NCBI GenBank assembly: GCA_934654755.1 | Contig: CAKUGQ010000004.1 | Coordinates: forward strand, 52,224 to 116,223 | Source: an uncultured Oscillospiraceae bacterium | GTDB taxonomy: Bacteria > Bacillota > Clostridia > Oscillospirales > Oscillospiraceae | Length of the DNA stretch: 64,000 bases | Reading direction: 5' to 3' | Shown: in pieces, positions 59,209-64,000 of the stretch | Position numbering within the stretch: the stretch's first letter is position 1 | Layout of the letters: the number at the start of each line of letters is the position of its first letter | Notes under the pieces: generated by a model | What the model saw: only the letters and a program-made list of their open reading frames with translations | Told to the model about the DNA's origin: nothing | The model's database searches: none | Program-made: the position numbers and the translations under genes

Positions 59209-61305
59209 ATGGCTATACCAAAGCTGAAAAAGCAGGATGTTATTGATGCCCTGAAATTGATCGACGAGAACGGAGTTCCCGAACATAACACAAGCGTAAA
59301 ATATGTACTTGTGTCTGAGGATGGGAAAAAATATCCGCCGAAGTATGTGGTAGCCGTTGCTGACCATTTGGCAAACAGCACGGATATTTCGACAGAATCC
59401 TTTAACAGCGTTTACGCAAAGAACTATCTGGAAAGTCTGGGCTTCTCCATCGAGACTAAGCAGCAAGAAAAATTTGAGTTATCTATTACTGCCGAAAGCG
59501 TCGAGTCAACAGATGAACGCTTTACAATGGATAATCTGAGCCTCGGTGATAACTATAAGCCGCTGGATGCCTGTTTCAAGAGGGCAAATGGAGACGTAAT
59601 CAAGCGAGCCTACAGCAAAGGCGAAAGAAGAAATTCCAATCAAACCTTGCCCCGCATTGCCTGTCAGGTGTTCGAGAAGCAGCTTGCTGCATTATCGGTT
59701 GAGGACAAGGAGAACTTCCCTGTCTGCAAATATAACCCGGACAGCGACGTAATCAGAGGTATTTATGCGAGTGTTGACGATTTCAAGAAGCACCGCAACA
59801 CAATAGAGTACCTGACATACGGCTATGACAACGGACGGCAGTTTGTTATCTATTGCTGGAATATTTTCTCTACGATTATCTTCGTTCAGGAATGTTTGAA
59901 GCGTTTCGGTGAACCGGGAGATCAGTTCATTTTGACATACCGCGAAAAAGATGAGAAGGAAACCGCAGCGGCAGAAACGGAAGCTGCTGTTCAGGAAGAG
60001 CTTGTTCAACAGTTCAAGAGATACCGAAATCCGTTTTCTTCCATGCTGATTGAATCAAAAAATCTGATTTTCAGAGGTGCGCCCGGTACCGGAAAATCTT
60101 ATCTTGCCAAAGAAATCGCTGCGGACATCATCAGCAATGGGTACTTTGACGATTACACACTTCTTACTGACGAGCAGAAAAAACAGGTTGAGTTCGTTCA
60201 GTTCCATCCGAGTTATGACTACTCTGATTTTGTTGAAGGACTAAGGCCGAAAATCAATGATGATGGGACAATGGGCTTTGAATTGCAGGATGGCATTTTC
60301 AAGAAGTTTGTTGCCCGTGCCAGAAAGAACTATGAGGACTCCCAAAAGTCCAGAGAAACCGTAGAAAAGGAAGTCACGGTTCAAGAATCCATGACAGAGT
60401 TTTTCTCCGGCGTTGAGTTTGGCGTTGACACATTTAAGACGATCAATGGAAATGAATTTACCATTACCGGCGTGGATGACGGGCATATCCATATTTCTAT
60501 TCCCGGAAACGCATCTGTCAACAGGCTTGCTCTGAGTTTGGATGAAGTTCGGAAGATGCTGGAATCCGGGCAGAAGTTTGAAAAAATAAAGGATATCACG
60601 TCCTTTTTCGGAAAGACGTTTGCTACGCAAGGATATTCCTATGACTTTGCCATCTATAAAGCAATCAAAGCAAAGAAAAGTACAATTTCAAAAGCAAAGG
60701 CAAAACAGGAGGAACTGAAAAAATACATATTCATCATAGATGAAATCAACCGCGGCGAGATTTCAAAGATTTTCGGTGAACTGTTCTTTGCAATAGATCC
60801 CGGTTATCGCGGCAAAGCCGGAGAAATCTCCACGCAGTATTCCAATCTGCACTCTGACCCCGGCGAAAAGCTCTATATTCCTGAAAATGTCTATATCATC
60901 GGCACCATGAACGATATCGACCGCTCTGTGGACAGCTTTGATTTTGCCATGCGTCGTCGCTTCCGTTTCGTAGAACTCAGAGCGGATGAGCGCCTTGAGA
61001 TGCTTGCGTCGCTGGAAAACGAGGAGTTGGAGGCTGAGGCAATCAGAAGGATGGCTGCGCTCAATAAGGCAATCGCAGAGGTCGAGGATCTGAATGAAAA
61101 TTATCAGATCGGAGCGTCTTACTTCCTGAAGTTGAAAACACTTGATTTTGACCAGCTTTGGACTGATTATCTGCAACCGCTCCTACAGGAATACATTCAG
61201 GGAATGTACGATGAGGAAGGAATTATGAATCGGTTCGCAAGGGCATACGGCTATCAGAAACCTGTCAGAGGTGATGCGAATGAAGTTACTCAGGATCAAG
61301 GATAA
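59209..61305 (+). CDS. mcrB: McrB-like GTPase/AAA+ subunit of a type IV restriction system with an unrecognised N-terminal region
   Basis: GAPGTGKS Walker A, and the McrB-specific FIIDEINRGEISKIFGEL and NVYIIGTMNDIDRS motifs in the C-terminal half. The N-terminal about 280 aa (possibly two subdomains) have no family recognised. GGAGG RBS. Confidence 0.78.
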   Translation: MAIPKLKKQDVIDALKLIDENGVPEHNTSVKYVLVSEDGKKYPPKYVVAVADHLANSTDISTESFNSVYAKNYLESLGFSIETKQQEKFELSITAESVESTDERFTMDNLSLGDNYKPLDACFKRANGDVIKRAYSKGERRNSNQTLPRIACQVFEKQLAALSVEDKENFPVCKYNPDSDVIRGIYASVDDFKKHRNTIEYLTYGYDNGRQFVIYCWNIFSTIIFVQECLKRFGEPGDQFILTYREKDEKETAAAETEAAVQEELVQQFKRYRNPFSSMLIESKNLIFRGAPGTGKSYLAKEIAADIISNGYFDDYTLLTDEQKKQVEFVQFHPSYDYSDFVEGLRPKINDDGTMGFELQDGIFKKFVARARKNYEDSQKSRETVEKEVTVQESMTEFFSGVEFGVDTFKTINGNEFTITGVDDGHIHISIPGNASVNRLALSLDEVRKMLESGQKFEKIKDITSFFGKTFATQGYSYDFAIYKAIKAKKSTISKAKAKQEELKKYIFIIDEINRGEISKIFGELFFAIDPGYRGKAGEISTQYSNLHSDPGEKLYIPENVYIIGTMNDIDRSVDSFDFAMRRRFRFVELRADERLEMLASLENEELEAEAIRRMAALNKAIAEVEDLNENYQIGASYFLKLKTLDFDQLWTDYLQPLLQEYIQGMYDEEGIMNRFARAYGYQKPVRGDANEVTQDQG

Positions 61306-62596
61306 CTCCCAGCAGAAAAAAGATGCCTTTTCTCAAGTAGCGAGGCTGACAGGCAAAATTGCAGATAAAACATTGGAACAGCTTGAGAGTGAAGGTGTGT
61401 TCGTATTTCCTGAAACCGTAAAGGATGCAGAGGATATTACGCAAGATCAGATGATCCTCCAAAGCGTCAATGATACCTATCGCTCTGGTAATGTGATGGG
61501 TTTTCTTGGCTACGGTGATGAGCGGCTTGTGATCGCGTCCCGTTTTTGCGGAGAGGGTGAGGATTACTTTTTCCAGTATCTTTTAGACAAAGTTCTGGAC
61601 TTTCCAAATATCGTAGATTTGGATGCAGATGCCAATCAAGACAATCGGCTGTTCAATTTTCTGCTGTTTCTGTTTCCGTATTACCTCAAAGCAGCGATGC
61701 GGAAGGGCTTGTTCAAAAAGTATATCCGCCATAGGTACAATGATGGAAATGTAAAGGGCACGATTGATATCGCAAGACATATAGAGAAGAACACCCCATT
61801 TGTAGGAAATGTTGCATACAGCCAGAGAGAGTTTTCCTATGATAACAGTCTGATGGAGCTGGTGCGGCATACCATAGAGCTTATCAAAAGAAAGCCTTAC
61901 GGCAATAAACTTCTTATCAAAGTGAAAGACGAGGTAAAACTCGTTATAGATGCGACTCCGGGATATGAGCCGTATGACAGGCAGAAAATCATTGAACAGA
62001 ATAAAAAGAATACTGTCCGCCACGCTTATTTCAGAGAGTATCTCGCACTGCAGCGGTTGTGCCTCTTGATTCTCCGACATCAAAAACACCAAATCGGCAC
62101 AGGAGCGAGGCAGATATACGGTATTCTGTTTGACGGTGCATGGCTGTGGGAGGAATATATTAACTTGCTCATTGAAGATATCTTCTACCACCCAATGAAC
62201 AAGAGCGGCACAGGCGCTCAGAGACTGTTTGATAGAAATGTAGGCTTGATCTATCCTGATTTCATCAGCCGGAATAGCGAACCACGGATCATTGCTGACG
62301 CGAAGTATAAGCCTCTTGACAACATTGGCAACCGAGATTATTTACAAGTGCTTGCCTATATGTTCCGGTTTGATGCAAAGGCTGGTTACTATCTCTATCC
62401 AGAAGTGGAAGGGTCTGACGATTTGAAATTGTGGTTGAACCGTGGTTTGACCTATGAGAAAAATGTTATGGCGCGTGACGACATCAGCGTTATCAAGCAT
62501 GGCTTGAAAATTCCTATAGATGCGCAGAATTATTCAGAGTTTACCGCGAAGATGAAGGTTCAGGAGCAGGCATTTACAAGCGTATTCTATGCGTGA
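61271..62596 (+). CDS. mcrC: McrC-like endonuclease subunit
   Basis: Overlaps the mcrB 3' end. Shows the C-terminal PD-(D/E)xK pattern (YPDF...IADAKYK). The start may be the ATG at 61280. Confidence 0.72.
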   Translation: MMRMKLLRIKDNSQQKKDAFSQVARLTGKIADKTLEQLESEGVFVFPETVKDAEDITQDQMILQSVNDTYRSGNVMGFLGYGDERLVIASRFCGEGEDYFFQYLLDKVLDFPNIVDLDADANQDNRLFNFLLFLFPYYLKAAMRKGLFKKYIRHRYNDGNVKGTIDIARHIEKNTPFVGNVAYSQREFSYDNSLMELVRHTIELIKRKPYGNKLLIKVKDEVKLVIDATPGYEPYDRQKIIEQNKKNTVRHAYFREYLALQRLCLLILRHQKHQIGTGARQIYGILFDGAWLWEEYINLLIEDIFYHPMNKSGTGAQRLFDRNVGLIYPDFISRNSEPRIIADAKYKPLDNIGNRDYLQVLAYMFRFDAKAGYYLYPEVEGSDDLKLWLNRGLTYEKNVMARDDISVIKHGLKIPIDAQNYSEFTAKMKVQEQAFTSVFYA

Positions 62597-62679
62597 TTTT
62601 GTAGGAGAACACAGAACTGCATATCAATAATCGATCGGTTTTGATTGGAAATAATCCGTAGGAGTAAAGAGGAATCCCG

Positions 62680-62874
62680 ATGCCAGACAACAGGAACCGC
62701 AAACGACCGATACAGGTCAAATTCTTCGTAGACGAAAGAGAACTCGGCTTGATAAAGGCGAGGATGGCGCAGCTTGGGATAGAGAATATGAGCGCTTACC
62801 TTCGCCAAGTGGCGATCGACGGATATGAGAAAAAACCGGATATGCCTGAACGCCGTGAGCCGAAAAATCCCTGA
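62680..62874 (+). CDS. MobC-like ribbon-helix-helix mobilisation protein (short, possibly truncated)
   Basis: RPIQVKFFVDERELGLIKARMAQLGIENMSAYLRQVAIDGY resembles the MobC/RHH relaxosome accessory family. AAAGAGG RBS. Confidence 0.45.
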   Translation: MPDNRNRKRPIQVKFFVDERELGLIKARMAQLGIENMSAYLRQVAIDGYEKKPDMPERREPKNP

Positions 62875-62879
62875 CTCAC

Positions 62880-63360
62880 TTTCCGAAGATAGATTGATGT
62901 TCAGCTCCGCAGGAGCGCAGCCGATTTCTCTGAAATCGTTCAGGGGTTTGGGGCATTTCCCCAACAAGATTGCACGGGTGTATAAACACGAGCATTGCTT
63001 GCCAAGTGCGTTTCGCAGTTGGCAGGTAATGAGAAGTGGGTACCGCCGTGCATTGCTTGCCAGAATGGCAAGCTCCGGTGTGGGTACTCACCGGATTTGC
63101 TTGCTATTCTGCAAGGAAATCCCGGTCGTACCACGCCGGTTTTCGCAAGTGTAGCTACACTTGCTGTGCTTGCTATTCTCCGTTTCCCATGTTAGCAAGC
63201 GCCATTTCCCAAATGGAAATCGGCGGCAACCGCCGCCTTGTCTGCCCAAAAGCGAAACGGACGGACGGAAGTCAATGGCGGCGCAGCCGTTCATCTTGAC
63301 CATTGACGGCGTTCGTCCGTTTTGCTACGCAGTAGCACTTGAACGAATATAATCGAAACA
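62880..63360. other. About 480-bp non-coding region with reiterated GCTTGC-containing motifs and small palindromes (possible oriT or structured RNA)
   Basis: No convincing ORF. Contains repeated cattgcttgccag, gcttgctattctgcaagg and gcttgctattctccg, plus the palindrome ttgccagaatggcaa. Confidence 0.25.
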
Positions 63361-63390
63361 AATAAGCGTATTGATTGAGGTGTTAGGAGT

Positions 63391-63888
63391 ATGGATTGTC
63401 TAATTCGGAACGTACAGCAAGGTGATGAATTTGATTTAGCTTATATCCAAACAGAAAGTTGGAAGGCTGCGTTTAAGGATATCCTGTCTGCCGAGATACT
63501 GCAAATGTCCACCAATCTAAATCGTGCTACGGCAATGTATAAGCGATTGCTCGATGAGAATGTTGGCAATGGATATATTTTAGATGTGGACTCTCATCCT
63601 CATTGTATTGCATGGTGGGATACGGCGCGAGATAACGATATGCCTGATTATGCGGAACTCATCTGCATCCATAGCTTGCAAGACAACTGGAGAAAGGGCT
63701 TCGGAACTCAAATGATGCGCAGAGTCATGGGCGACATGAGAGCTGCTGGCTATGATAAGGTTATGCTTTGGGTGTTTACGAACAACATTCGAGCAAGAAA
63801 ATTCTATGAGTCGTTTGGCTTTTTCACACATGGAAAAGTTAAACCTTGTCTTGAAACAGAAGAAATTTGCTACGAGAGAAAATTATAA
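63391..63888 (+). CDS. GNAT-family N-acetyltransferase
   Basis: Acetyl-CoA motif RKGFGTQMM and the C-terminal ARKFYESFGF signature. Confidence 0.75.
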   Translation: MDCLIRNVQQGDEFDLAYIQTESWKAAFKDILSAEILQMSTNLNRATAMYKRLLDENVGNGYILDVDSHPHCIAWWDTARDNDMPDYAELICIHSLQDNWRKGFGTQMMRRVMGDMRAAGYDKVMLWVFTNNIRARKFYESFGFFTHGKVKPCLETEEICYERKL

Positions 63889-63940
63889 CGAGTATTGTTT
63901 TAATCGTTATAACCATGAAAGCGAAGGAGGCTTGACGAAG

Positions 63941-64000
63941 TGAATCCAAAAGAAAATGGCAATGAGATCATCGAACTGACCGACGAGGAACTGGATGAGA
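63941..64000 (+). CDS. 5' end of a gene running off the window (GTG start)
   Basis: GGAGG RBS, then a GTG and an open frame to the window end (VNPKENGNEIIELTDEELDE). Confidence 0.3.

Larger units (their letters stand above)
58730..64000. mobile_element. Second lower-GC acquired segment (McrBC, MobC-like, GNAT)
   Basis: Abrupt drop in GC after 58710. Contents are typical of defense/mobilisation cargo. The right end is beyond the window. Confidence 0.35.

Overview
This 64 kb window comes from a high-GC (about 60-65%) Clostridia-like chromosome. Housekeeping genes called: murA, trxA, a multidomain flavodiiron protein, pstSCAB-phoU-phoBR with a Pho box, rpiB, an acyl-ACP thioesterase, spoIIP, prs, pth, mfd, a VanW protein, two ABC exporters, sufC/sufD-like, a GT2 synthase, dusB, an ECF sigma/anti-sigma pair, and a Mop-like molybdopterin hydroxylase with ferredoxin, a NifS-like enzyme and YqeC. 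Two lower-GC segments look horizontally acquired. Island 1 (about 7640-17100) abuts an initiator-like tRNA-Met. It carries a large serine recombinase, a HEPN (Rx4H) ApeA-like putative defense protein, an AAA+/DUF4143 ATPase, a DUF3990/DUF3791 pair, DUF4314, and fragments of ParB and of a C5 DNA methyltransferase. Island 2 (about 58730 to the window end) carries a McrBC type IV restriction system with an unrecognised N-terminal region, a MobC-like RHH protein and a GNAT. The most distinctive chromosomal signal is a composite palindromic intergenic repeat family (GTCATTGCGAG...GTGGCAATCTCCTG...CAGATTGCCGCGTCG...CTCGCAATGAC, plus CCTTCCCCTTGAGGGGAAGG and GATGAGGTGTCCGCC modules) in 11 intergenic clusters. 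These clusters bracket two paralogous large prepilin-type proteins, one of which lies downstream of an (ACAG)6 microsatellite in a promoter-like context. No CRISPR array or rRNA was seen. All calls rest on reading the ORF translations and the sequence; no database search was run.
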